From positions 620,001 to 684,000 of the forward strand of contig RSEE01000011.1 of assembly GCA_003971905.1 (NCBI GenBank): a stretch of 64,000 bases of DNA. The letters run 5' to 3'. Below, piece by piece: positions 12,815 to 25,244 of this stretch. Position 1 is the first letter of the stretch; every line of letters begins with the position of its first letter. The notes under the pieces are model-generated. The model was not told where the DNA came from. It searched no databases and saw nothing but the letters and a program-made list of their open reading frames with translations. The position numbers and the translations under genes are program-made. This DNA comes from Moniliella sp. 'wahieum'. Taxonomy: Eukaryota.

Positions 12815-13867
12815 CTAGTAACCAGTCTCAGTAGAAATCCGGCCGACAAAGTGCCGTCACCCCGAACAGTAGCTTCGGCATTGGCCTGAATGCGCTGCTG
12901 CAGAAGCGGCACAACCATCTCCAACGTGTCAGCGGTGTGGGGTGGATGAGAAGGTTGGAGTCTTCCTTGCTCCCGTACGCCCAGAGCGGGTGGTTGTCCG
13001 GCAGCGGCTCCGGGTCCGTCACGTCAGCCCCGCGCCGGCGATCTCGCCAGCCTCCAGAGCCGAGAGCAAGCCTCCGTGTCCACCGTACCACGGGCGACGT
13101 TGACAACGACGGCGTGTTTGGGAAGCAGACTGAGGGCATGCTTGCCAATACTTGTCTGTTTCAGCGCCGTTGCCGCGGCAGCGATGAAGACCACGTCTGC
13201 CTCGGGGAGATAATGTCGAGAGCGGTGAAGGAGTCCACATGCACCTTTGGGTGGCTAGCCAGAGGCGTCTTTTTCTCCGCAGAACTGTAGGTTGCACCTG
13301 GAACGGTTCCAGCAGCGCCAAAAGCGAAAGTGCGATCCCGCCTGCGCCGATGAGAAGCACCCGGGCACCAAGAGGGAAGAGCCAGCCTGGGAACCCCACT
13401 TGGTCGCCTTGACGCGCGAAGGGAAGACGCGCAGGGTAGCCAACGCTAGCGCCAGCGCATGCTCTGCCACCGGTTGAGCAAATGCACCCTTGGCCGACGT
13501 CCAGAGCTTCTTTTTTCCCCAAATCCGAGGTGATCAGGTGGCATACGCATTGACTCCGGCCATGGGCATCTGGATCCACTGAATCTGGGGTTGTTCTCCA
13601 GAAGGGACTGGAGGATGTGAAGGTGGGTGGGGTGGGGATCAACCCAGACGATGGCCGTCGTCTTGCTATCGACCTGGTCCGACACGGCCAGGCCGCCTGC
13701 GCGGGCCGCCTGCTGGAACGTGGCGATCCGGTCGGCAAACTGGGGTTCAGGGGGGTACACGACAAGGGTGCCGCTGGAGCTGGGACGAAGCTCAGGCTCG
13801 ACGGGGGCTCGGGGCGAGCACGCTGGTGTGGGTGCCGAGGGGCGCGGGTGGGAGCAGGGGGGGACAT
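12815..13867 (-). CDS. D-isomer-specific 2-hydroxyacid dehydrogenase (apparently intronless, frameshifted)
   Basis: VAEHALALALATLR, Rossmann motif VLLIGAGGIA, GAGL-DVTDPEPLPDNHPLW, ADTLEMVVPLLQQRI and C-terminal FVGRISTETGY*. Confidence 0.88.
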
Positions 13868-14621
13868 GACCGGAAGGAGGAAGCAGAGAAGCAGGTTAGA
13901 GAACGAGAGAACCCGAGGCGGCGGCTGCGCAGGTTGGCCAATTAAATACGCTGGACAGTCATATCAATCGCATCAACGTTACACTCGGCTCCACATTCTC
14001 AGACAGCTGCGGTGCGACACGCTGCAAAGGACAGACTCGCGCCATGCCATCACCTCATCGCCCTCGGCGGCGGAAGTACCTGCCGCCAATTCCGCCCCTC
14101 GCACCGCTGCAAAGCGCCTGCCGGCCGGCCAATAACCAAGGCCACCCAAATGATTGCTGTACACAGGCAAGCTCCGGCACATGTCTCATCAAGTCCGCGT
14201 CGGGCATACGCTGCATGTTCCTTTGACACGGTTGCCTTGCTCGCCCTCCACCTGGACTCCTGCCGCTTCTTCGACACGGTTAACGGAGACACGGGCGCCG
14301 TGGGACTCTCCGATCTCGTCGTCACCCCGGCCACAGTCCCCCTCCCTACATCCAAGTGTGTTTCAAGATCGAGCGCACCGTTTTGGTATTATAGAACCCA
14401 GTGTTGGCTCTCAGCTCTTCAGATCTCAGGGACCTCAGATCTCAGATATCTCAAGCACTCAAGTGGGCCAATTATTTTACTCAAGAAACCTACGTGTTCG
14501 CGGATTGCTATTTACCTTGACGACAGGACGGTTGAATATCTTCGAGATGCTGGATGCAGCCCTACCATTTCCAATGCTATCACTCCATACCGTAGCACAC
14601 CTTCGTCACTGGCTCGATCTG

Positions 14622-15225
14622 ATGGTACGTGTGTTGAGCGGCCGCCTTTATCTCGTCCCTCCCTCAATTTTCAATGCTAACCTGTCAACTCTGTACAGTC
14701 TGTTGATTACGAGAAAAGTGCAATGTCGAGTTGGAGTTAGCCAATGCCGGCATGTCGCGGACGTTCCCGCGATGCAATACTCAGCACTCCGCAATAGCGG
14801 GGATGCGGTGGCCAAAGGCTGTCCCTGCAAAATTGTGGATATTTCGATGTCCAAGACGGGGGAAAAAAAACATGGACACAGCAAATGTGCACTTATGGTC
14901 GTCCTTGACATTTTCACGGATAAGAAGCTGGAAGACTCGTCATGTTTTCGATGCATAGTAATATGGAAGTACCCGTGGTGTCCTCTCGTGCACAGAGTAC
15001 CAGCTGGTCAACATTGACGACGGCTTTCTTCAGCAGCCTGCTCACACCCGAAGGCGATTCGAAGGACGATAATGATGTCCGGTATTTGAGGGCGAGTTAG
15101 AGGAACAAGACCCAAGCTGAAGACTACTCTGACGATATGGCAAGGGTTTAAGTATTAACATTGTGTTGTCCATGAGCCTAGAGGAGTCGGCGCTCGTATC
15201 CAAGGAAGCGTCGCAGAGAAAGTAG
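14622..15225 (+). pseudogene. Degenerate duplicate of translation factor eIF5A
   Basis: ATG is followed by an intron (14625-14698, GTACGT...GCTAAC...CAG). Then [82 protein letters not shown] and EESALVSKEA. Many substitutions fall at normally invariant residues, beyond what indel error explains. Confidence 0.8.
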
Positions 15226-15876
15226 CATGTGGATTTGCACGAAGGCGTATATTGTCTTGTCGCGTTGCGACGACCACACGCCTATCGATCAATCAACGTC
15301 TTCAGGAGCACAACACACCAATTGTTGTGTTGATATAGGAAGAGAGTGGGAGGAGAGAGAGAGGCTGTCTAGTAGGTTCGCACCGTCACTCATAGTCACT
15401 CTAGTCACTTACGATGAGAACTGCCAGGAGGTGTGCGTCAGCACAGGAACACAACTATGCTCATGCATCAAATGACCTCGCTCAGGCACCTCCGGTGTCG
15501 CAAAGCTTGGGTACGCGTGCACAAGCTGGCCCACAGGATGTGGGGGCGGGGGGTACGCGAGGTACGCGTGAAAGAAGAGATGGGGGCGGGGGACTCGCAT
15601 GGCACGCGTCACGAGTCACTTGCCAGTGGCGCCGATGCCCCGGGGATACTTGCCAGATGCCTGCGGGCAGTGATGCTGGGGTTATATTATTTATTCACAC
15701 TAATCCCGATGGCTGGCTGACGGGCGGAGGCCGGCGGCGCATGAAAAAGACAACCCAACACGGCTGGTCCACCGCGGCGCCCAGTAGATAAAGAGAGAGC
15801 TCCTCTCCAGCTGGCTGGCTGCCCCTCTCGTGTCTCCACATCCATCCTGCCCCTCCACCACCACAGCCCCACGGCC

Positions 15877-17579
15877 ATGCCACCTCAGACGCTGCGATCC
15901 AGCTTCTTCCCTACCCCGGTGCTGCCGCGTGGCAATCTGGCGGCCACGCTGCACAGCAACCCCAACGGCGCCCCAGACTCGGCCCCTGCTTTTATCCGCG
16001 CCTCGGATGGCAAGGTGCTCACGCGCGGCGACGTAATCCACACCTCTTACCGCCTCGCTCATGCATTGGTGCACAAGCTGAACCTGGTGCCCGGGGATAG
16101 TGTCGCGCTTGTTGCAGGTAACTCGACGTTGTACCCTGTGGTTGTGCACGCCTGCCTCGCCGCAGGTGTGGTGGTGGTGCCGATCAATGCAGCGTATACC
16201 GCCAATGAGCTTGCCCACCCCTTCGCCGACGCTGCCGTCAAGTACGTCTTCGTTCAGCCACAGGAGGCATCGGTTGTATCCGTGCGTACAGCCCTAGAGA
16301 AGGTCCGCCACCCACGCGCCGACGCTCCGGGCACAGTCTGGCTCCTGTCAGACGATGATGTATTGGCTCAGGGGGTAGGAGGTGAAAAGGATCTACGCAC
16401 CCTGTTGGGTCAAGAGGAGCTTGCACCCATTCCCATTCGCGATCCAGAAAACACACCAGCCTTCATCGCATATTCGTCGGGAACGACAGGCCGGTCCAAA
16501 GGCGCAATCCTGAGCCATACCAATATGACGGCGTGCTGCGTTTACATGACGGAGATCACCAAGCTCTTCCTCTCGGCTGGGACAATGACCATGGCGGTTC
16601 TTCCGATGCAGCATGTGTTTTGCCTCACATTCCATGTGCACCACACATTTTACATTGGTGCCCCGTGTCGTGCTCGATTCGTTTTCGCTGGCCAAGTTTT
16701 GTTCGGCAATTCAACAGTTCAAGGTTGAGTGGACCTCGGTTGCTCCTCCCATCCTCCTCCTCATGGCCAAGAGTCCCGAGGTGGAGAAGTACGACCTTCG
16801 GTCCCTAGTTGCGGTGCAATCGGGTGCTGCGCCACTCTCATCGCCTCTCGTGTCCGAGGTCGAAACGCGCTTTCCGCATCTCAAAATTGCCAATGGTTAC
16901 GGGTTGACCGAAGCCAGTCCCTTGGTCTGCATGGACGACCCCAAAGTTAGTGCAGCACATGGGAACCGAGGTAGCGCCAACCGTTTGATCCCTGGGCTGG
17001 AAGTACGCCTGGTAAGTGAGGACGGAAGAATGTAGGGCTGACCGAGGGCGAAGGTGCGAACGGTGCGACGTTATCGGGCGAAGTATGGTTGCGAGGACCC
17101 ACGATCTTCCGAGGGTACCTCAACAATGACGAGGCCAATGCCGAATCGTTCGCTGCCGAAGGGTGGTACCGCACCGCACAGGCGACCTAGGTTCCTTCCG
17201 CCAAGGTCGGTTGACAATCGAGGAGCGACTAAAACAAGTGCTCAAAGTAGGCGGGAGGCAAGTCGCCCCGTCGGAGCTGGAGGCGATCCTGCTCACTCAT
17301 CCCAAGGTCGCAGATGCAGCGGTGGTGCCGTTGTACGTGGAGGAAAAGTCGGATGAGTACCCATTGGCGTACATTGTGGTCAAGCCTGAGTTCCAGGGGG
17401 ACAAGAGCGTGCCGGAGGATGTACGCGCATATGTGGATGGCAAGGTGGTGTACTACAAGCGCCTTAGGGGAGGCGTGCGCATCATCGACGCCATCCCCAA
17501 GTCCCCTTCGGGCAAGATTCTGCATCGCATCCTCCGTGATCAGCTCAAGGCAGAGCAGGCTCCCCAGGCTAAACTTTAG
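15877..17579 (+). CDS. 4-coumarate-CoA ligase-like AMP-binding enzyme with PTS1 (-AKL)
   Basis: ANL motifs IAYSSGTTGRSKG, SGAAPL, NGYGLTE, RTGDLG, QVAPSELEAILLTHPKVADAAV and PKSPSGKILHRILR. Ends PQAKL*. Confidence 0.92.
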
Positions 17580-18302
17580 TAACCCCCTCCCGTCAGCGTC
17601 ATCACTCCGAATGCGCAATTTCGTCTGATCAGTAAAATGGCGGATCCCTTTTCCCTTTGGGGAAATAAGGAGACTAGGCTAGGCTCAACAGTTGAATCGA
17701 TAATAATGAGCCGAACTGTGCCCTGCTTTGTCCATTGTTCGCAAGAGCCAACAGGAACCAGAGCCTACTAATAGCAGCCAACAGGCGCGTGGGGTATGAG
17801 GTAGACGGAGAGAAGTTGTTCTTGTGGGGGCGAACCTATAGCGATCGGAAAATATCCAGTGGGCCTGGTGACATCAGTTGGTGGACTTCGATCCCGGGGG
17901 GGACAAACTCGATAAAGATCCTGAGGGATGGAGAAAAGTGTATGACACATGTTGGTGTGGCCGATTGTATTGTGAAGAGAGGCGATTGAGAGAGGAAGGG
18001 AGATAGCGAGAGGGAGGGGAGTGCAAAATGAAGTAGCAGTGGACCATCGATTAGAACCTCCACCATCGACTGGCGTCCCGGTCAAGAGGAGGTGTTTTGA
18101 AACGGAATGACGGATAAGGGCCAAATGGGTATATCTCTGATGGATAACGTTTCCTCCTTGAAGAGGGCCCCTTCGCCGCTATCTGGATGAAGGCGCAGAG
18201 GTATTGTCGCTCAGGTGTCAACTGGCATGCAGGCGTGCCGACAATACCACCTTATATTTCCGGGGACCCCAAACAAAATCCCACCTCATCACCTTCAGCA
18301 AC

Positions 18303-19287
18303 TCAATGGGTCGCCAGCCACGCACGTGCCCGTGTGCCCCAGTCCCAATGCAACACATAAGGCAGGTTGGCTTCTTTGCCTTGTTCGTCGCTAATAAGCC
18401 CATAAGTGTGCTGATGCACGGCGTGTTGTTCAGGGATAATTCTCAGCCGTTCCTTCTCCGACATCGTCGCACACTAATATACACCCGCGGAAGTTAAAAC
18501 CACATTTGCACTGGGTCTGTTGGAAAGGAGTACGTACACTTAATATAGCAGATTCCAACGCAGGCCTAAAGGAGTCGCATGCAACAACAGTGGCACTGGT
18601 CGATGTGAGCAGACTGGAGGAGGGCAAGAATTGGTTTGGACAGTGCACGGTGCTCAGCCACTGGGTCCCATCTGCACACGGACCCGCAAGAGAAAAGTTG
18701 GTGCCCAATACAACTGGCTCACAGACTCCGACAACAAGCTAACCGACACACCGCACCGGGCCCGAGGGAGAGCCGTGGTAAGATGTGGGGTTGGAGATGG
18801 ATCGGGTTCTGTTTGAAGAGCGTGCAGCAGCATGGATGAATGCCTAGTCCGGGGAAGGATAGAGTGCGTGGCGAGTAGAGAGGTACCCGTCATGGTCCAC
18901 CCAAACTCTTCCTCCAGCTGTTCACAGGCAACCAGCAGTCCCTGCCACGTGCGCGGCGCGACCTCGAAAGCAGCATACCGTGCGGCCTGAGGGAGAGTGG
19001 TGGCCAAGGATGGAAGACGGAGAAGAGGAACCGCGGCATGATGCCACAGATTTTCGTCCTGCAAAGTCGTATGGAGGCCTGGGAAGCACGGAGAGTTAGC
19101 GGATCCGACACTGAGTGGATTTATACATGCCGTCTCCAATAGCATGAAAGTAGGGCGGTGCTTGGGGATGCGGGAGGGAGTTGTGCATACCATGGCAAGT
19201 CCACGACAGGTGGATGAGGTCACGAGGGGCGATGTGGCCGCTGGCTGCGATTTCCAGAAGGATGTCAAAGGGAAGGCGGTCGAGCAT
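18303..19287 (-). pseudogene. F-box family copy A: internally deleted, chimeric copy
   Basis: Starts MLDRLPFDILLEIAASGHIAPRDLIHLSWTCHG and ends with the family YVLHWDWG C-terminal motif. It lacks ~1.4 kb relative to copy B; the junction at ~18732 joins the equivalents of ~22730 and ~24115. Confidence 0.8.
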
Positions 19288-20088
19288 CGAAGTTGATGAG
19301 GCGGTATAACGGAGAGGATCAGAGGTGGGTTTGCAGGTATGGGGGGGATTCCAAAAATGCATCGGGTATCCTGCGACCTGCCTGATTATATATAGCGGTT
19401 GGCGCGCACACACAGCGCGTTTCAACTCATCGTGGATTCTAGGAGAGTTTCCGCATCTCTGTGGTACATGCTATGATTACTTCATTAATCAGCTATCCCT
19501 CAACCTGTAAATGAATAGAGAGTAGGCCGAAGAACCACACCACCACACATCTAGAAGGGTTTTCCGCCGTTTTTGCGGATATAGAGCCCCGCGTTTCACA
19601 GAGCCTTCTCATCGATCGAAACAGATGCCAATTGGGCCACTTTAGTGTACTATACTCTCTGGTAAGAGAGAGACGAAGAGAAAATGTTTCCAAAGGTGGC
19701 TACGGCCATCCGTCGCAGCCGGACTTGGCCGCAACGGATCCCCAAACACCACGATGCTTCGTATCCACATTGTGCCCATCCTGCCGAACATCGTATGCGC
19801 TGAACCTTGTACTTAACCATCTGCGCACCCTCTGCGCAGCCGAGTTGATATGGTGTGAGCGCGTGAGTGTGCTTCGTCGAGTCATATTTTCAAAACGTCT
19901 CTACGGGGACTACGAGTTTTATAACCCCTGGATTTATGTTTGCTACTAGAGGGTAGTGCTAGGGTTCACTTGCACTTTCTCCAATGGATCGGTGAAGAGG
20001 CTCGCTGGTTCGGGTGATTCGCCCCTTGCGCGGGCTGTGCCACCCCTTTGTCTGTTCCGACTTGCTTGCTTGGCTCTTGTCTTCTTCC
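19028..20088. repeat. Near-identical inverted repeat arm 1 (5' part and upstream region of F-box copy A)
   Basis: The reverse complement matches ~37075-38130 almost base for base by eye, for example the stretches around GATCCATTGGAGAAAGTGCA and CATCTAGAAGGGTTTTCCGCC. Confidence 0.9.
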
Positions 20089-20270
20089 CTTCAGCTTGCT
20101 TGAAGGACTTGTGGTTGACTGCCCTGCCTTCTTGCACGCCTTGAAGCTCATCTCTCGTACTGCCCATAGCGTTCCCTAGCCGCACTCTAGCAATGTTAAG
20201 CTCTTACCGGCTGATTTCTGCCCTAATCGAGAGCCTGATCCGCCTGATGATTGATCATCGATCACTGGGC

Positions 20271-20315
20271 CTTGAGTCTTGAGTCTTGAGTAGCTTGAGT
20301 CTTGAGTTTGAGTAC
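20271..20315. repeat. Heptamer tandem array (CTTGAGT)n
   Basis: cttgagt cttgagt cttgagt ag cttgagt cttgagt ttgagt. Confidence 0.85.
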
Positions 20316-20336
20316 TGAGAGTATCCCTAGATCGCG

Positions 20337-20647
20337 TCCATTTCATTGACAGAGCTTAAGGCTGGGACAGGGGGAACGCTACGTCTAAACCTAACCATTC
20401 ATCTTGCGGGGGTTACTTGGAAGCGCCACCAAGGTAATTTCGCCCTGTGCACTTTTTACATCAGCTGCCCCGTGCCACGTTCCACACCACCCCCACGACA
20501 CCCCCACACAGCAGCAGCAAGCATCGGTGATATTATTTCTCTATGTCGGTGTTGGCGAAGGGGGAACGGTGGCTAAGGTGGCAACGCAACACAGCTGGGG
20601 CGAAGCCCCAGCTGACCGGGCCGTAGGCCCGGTGGTCCTTGTTCTTG
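20337..20647 (+). mobile_element. Non-autonomous Helitron-like element, copy 2
   Basis: Shares the ~100-bp 5' block (TCCATwTCATTGACAGAGCTTAAGGCTGGGACAGGGGGAAC...) and the identical double-hairpin 3' block with 460-828. The middle differs and the 3' end is CTTG rather than CTAG. Confidence 0.65.
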
Positions 20648-20706
20648 TACATATTAAGCGGCATATTCTGTAAGAGGCTTCCTGTAGTATGATCATTTTG
20701 TGTTCT

Positions 20707-20998
20707 TGTCACGGGCGGGCCCCGCCAGCGGGCTCACCGATGTTTGCGGGGTAGAATCACTTAGGAGACGGAAGAACGACTCACGGTCGTTTCTGGCTTA
20801 ATGGGCTAGTTGATGGATCCGAGCGGCGCTATAGGGACGAAGAGAGGCTTTTGGCCGTGAAGCGGAGGCGCGGGTGCACGTGTGGCAAGGCTGTATACGC
20901 ACCGGCGTGAGGCGTAGTAACGCCTCTGAAGCCTCCGGTGCTTATTGGGGACTGGTGGAGTAGTAGGCAGTGGAGAACAAACACTGCCATCAGTGACA
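20707..20998. mobile_element. Possible solo LTR
   Basis: A 292-bp segment bounded by inverted TGTCAC...GTGACA termini, inside an insertion-rich spacer. No target-site duplication is visible. Confidence 0.3.
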
Positions 20999-22308
20999 GA
21001 GGGCTGAGGCTGAACAAGGGCGGCTGTCGACGTGGCTGGAAAGGAACCCGTGCGACAAGCTGATACGGGGACTTGACGGGGCTGAAGGAAGGCTCGCACG
21101 ACTGGGGGATGGAAAGCTGGGAGACGGGTTGGAAGACGAGGAGGCAGCTAAGTGGAGACGAGGTTGCCTAAACTAAATGAATTGTCCGTCAACGGGTAGG
21201 TGTTATGAACTGGAAAAAGGAAGGGACGATAATCGATAATGGGAAGGTGGGGGGGGGGAGATCACCATCAACCAGAGGGGTACAGGCTAGATCAAAAAAA
21301 ACGGACAAAATAGGGGTGTAGAAAGAAGGAAGACGTGTCAAAAGAGGGGTTGGTTGTCGCAGGCGCAACGGAGAAGGATAAAGTAAGTGGTGAAGGGGAC
21401 AGTCGTCGCAAAGATACCGGAAACTTGGTGGCCTCATTTAGGCCAACCGATTTTGACCTGAGCGGGGGACTATTGTCGCGCGGATGCATGACCACTCGGG
21501 CCACCATACATGGTTTAACCAACCATCATCAAACTTGGTTGTATGATCATCTGCATCATATATCGATCCGGGCAACGCGTTGCTTCCCCCTCCTGATTTT
21601 CTCTTCTCACACTTCCTAATCGACGACACGCGCCTCCTGTACATTTCGCAAACCGGTGGGTGAGACACATGTGACTGTCTGCGCCGTTGGATAGTAACAG
21701 TTTTTTCTGGCTTCCTAGTACTTCTGGTAGTACAATTTCCTAGATCCTATAGATCGTTGAGAGTGCTGTGGCCAATATGTGAGCCGCACGTTTGATGCCA
21801 ACTATAACAGACGGCATCGGAACTTTGTGAGCAAAACTGGGGCGGAAAAAGACTATCGGATAATGCGTCGAACGTGTCACAGTCGCGGCCAAGGCGACCA
21901 GAATTGAGACTAGGTCAAGTCATATATCATAACCGATGTTCGTGGGGAAGGCGCAACAACAGATGACACCATGCGAAGTGGAAGAAACACGAAAAAGCGA
22001 GACACTCGGGACAAAGAAGTTGAAAATGGAATTAGTGAGCTCTATCAGCCCAACTGCTAATGACGATGACATTTTATTGGCATCCCCGGTCACGAGGTGT
22101 TTCGAAACAGAATGATGGAGAAGGGCCAAATTGGTATATCTGATGGTTAGCGTTTCCTCCTTGGAGAAGGCCCCTTCGCCGCTATCTGGATGAAGGCGCA
22201 GAAGTATTGTCGCTCAGGTGTCAGCATGCTGGCATGCCGACTATACCACCTTCTCTTTCCGGGCGATTGCGACCCCAAAACAAAGGCCACCGCATCACCT
22301 TCAGCAAC

Positions 22309-24679
22309 TCAATGGGTCGCGAGCCAGGCGCGTGCCCGCGTGCCCCAGTCCCAGTGCAACACATAGGGCAGGTTGGCTTCTTTGCCTTGTTCGTCGCTAA
22401 TAAGCCCATAAGTGTCCTGCACAGCGTGTTGACGGAGGGTAGTGCTCAACCGTGCCTTCTCCGACATCGTCGCACACTATATACACCCCGAAGTTAAAAC
22501 CACATTTACACTGGGTCTCTGTTGCAAAGGGGTACGTACACTTAATATAGCAGATTCCAACTCAGTACTAAAGGAGTTGCATGCAACAGTGGCACTGGTC
22601 GATGTGAGCAGACTGGAGGCGGGCAAGAATTGGTTTGGACAGTGCACGGTGCTCAGCCATTGGGTTCCATCTGCACACGGACCCGCAAGAGAAAAGTTGG
22701 TGCCCAATACAACTGGCTCAGACTGCGACGCTTCCACCCTCATCATCACAGGCAGGGGGAGGTCGATGACACGAATCTCATCCGGCCGCGACGCATGCTT
22801 CCAATCGACCAATACCATCCGCATCGATCCAACAATTTGGGCTGTAGGCCGAGGATCATTCTGCTGAGAAGATGGATCATTGAACGATTTGTACTGGCCA
22901 ATAATGCGGCCATTTCGACCCTGAGTCAGTTGTACGTGCCAGTTGGGGACGAAGACAGGGAAAAGGGCCCTGCCGTCGTCAATAAGGAGATCACCTTTGG
23001 TCTGTCCGGTATACCTTGATGCCTAAAGAGCGGGTGCTCATGAAAATAGTACTGCGTGGGGTCGATATCAATGACCGCCATCCAAGACTCAGGAGGGTTT
23101 CGAGAGTGCGGGGCTAAGATGGCTTGAAAATTCTTGATTAGCACAAGACGCATCAGATCCGTCGTGCGCTGGGGTAGTAGCCGAAAGACCCAGGTATCCG
23201 ATTTGGGAAAGACAGTAAACCACCGCAGAAATTCAAACCTCTCCAAATCTGGAAACGTAGGCGGGGTCTGCAGGAATGAGCAACTATACGGGGTGGCCGG
23301 GCAATGGAGCGCAAAGTAAGACCGGCGCATGTTCACTCCACTTGATCCGACATGAGCTGGGCAATGTTGAGGATGCAGGTGCCAGTCGCACGTTCGAACA
23401 CGGCCCACGTATATCCATCCCAAACGTAGGCCCAGTCCCGATCGATGACGATGTGGTGGGGATTCGGGAAATCCAAAGAATGAATACCTCCCATATGGTC
23501 GAGGGTCAGTGCCACTTCCTCCCTCCTCTCTGGGTGAGAAGATTGCAAGTGGCAAGTTCAGCCCGACCGTCGTCGGCTTGTGGGTAACTTCTGTTGAGAT
23601 TCACCCCGATCACCCATACAGGTCAGGTACAAATTGTGCGCACGATTCTCATTTTAGGATGATGATTCACTCACAAGGTAAACAAGTAAGGAAATTGAAC
23701 GGCAGCCGCGAAATGTTCTTTGACGTACCATACGTCATAGGCTTTGTTCCATTCGTGGCATTCATGGGCTTCAAAGTCTCCAGGGGGGAGTGCCCTTGCT
23801 CGATACACCGCCACATGATGGTGTCGGTACTGGATGGCCTCATCACGCGGTAATGTCGGGTCAGGGGGAATTCCGACGAGCCACCGAAGCAACACCCAGC
23901 CCTCAGGCAGTACCATCGCTCCACCAAAGATTCCTATTTCCGGCTTCGGAAAGGACCAGCGGATTGGATAGGGCGAGCATAAACACAAGTCTTCCATGAC
24001 AACCATATTCCTCCACACCTTAAATCGGGGATCGTCAAATTCTTAATCGGGTGCCGATGTTGCATAACCGTTATTGCTGGGGCGAACGTGGGCATGGGCA
24101 ACTGGGCCCGCGCACACAAGCTAACCGACACACCGCACCGGGCCCGAGGGAGAACCGTGGTAAGACGTGGGGTTGGAGATGGATCGGGTTCTGTTTGAAG
24201 AGCGTGCAGCAGCATGGATGAATGCCTAGTCCGGGGAGGGATAGACTGCTGCGTGGCGAGTAGAGAGGTGCCCGTCATGGTCCACCCAAACTCTTCCTCC
24301 AGCTGTTCACAGGCAACCAGCAGTCCCTGCCACGTGCGCGGCGCGACCTCGAAAGCAGCATACCGTGCGGCCTGAGGGAGAGTGGTGGCCAAGGATGGAA
24401 GACGGAGAAGAAGAAACGCGGCATGATGCCACAAATTGTCGTCCTGCAAAGTCGTATGGAGGCCTGGGAAGAGCACGGAGAGTTAGCGGATCCGACACTG
24501 AGGCCGTGTGGATTTTACACAGATGTCGTTTCCTAGCGCCGGGCGATGCTGGGGGATGCAGGAGCAGGAGAGCTGTGCGCACCATGGCAAGTCCACGACA
24601 GGTGGATGAGGTCACGAGGGGCGATGTGGCCGCTGGTGGCGACATGCAGAAGAATCTCAAAGGGAAGACGGTTGAGCAT
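22309..24679 (-). CDS. F-box family copy B (full length, one intron inside the F-box)
   Basis: MLNRLPFEILLHVATSGHIAPRDLIHLSWTCHG|intron|LHTTLQDDNLW F-box. Collinear with copies C and D. C-terminus KEANLPYVLHWDWGTRARAWLATH*. Confidence 0.82.
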
Positions 24680-25244
24680 GGATGTTGATGGTGGGAATGA
24701 GGACGATTGCAGGTGTCTGCAGGGACTATCGATTACTAAATGAATTTACTAAGGAGGATCTGTAAAAAAGAACATACTGAGGCGCAACACCCAATAAGGA
24801 AAAAGAAAACTAATAGGGAGAGAAGAGAGCCACAGTATTAAAAGCACGATAAGGGCAGGCTCTCTCCCCTTTCGTCTGTTGATATTATCTCCCTTGACTC
24901 TGCTGATCCTCCCTTCGTCCTTTTGTCAGTTGCGACTGCTTGAGGAGCTTGAGGCTGTCGGCGTTCCCCTCATCTCCTCATTGGATGCCTCGTCCGGCTC
25001 TGCGCTGTACGCCCTGACTATAGTATTGTACGCGCGTAGATCATACAGCCAGCATTGTTATCACTTTCAAAAGATTCCTCGACGGCGGTCGCTCTTTCTG
25101 CTCAAGTTCCCACCCCGGGCGGAATGGAGGCGGAATTGCCTCTCCCCGCTTCGTCGCGGGTTGAATAGGGAGATGGCGGTGGTGCTATAACCGCCATCGG
25201 CCATCCTCCCTCATCGACTTCATCGCGCACGATGGGCGAAGGCA

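Noticed and set aside
19632..19949. Small divergent ORF upstream of F-box A and C as a toxin/antidote partner
   Set aside because: Frames differ between the two copies (19632-19949 and 37218-37524), it is absent upstream of B and D, and its conservation is explained by the recent duplication.
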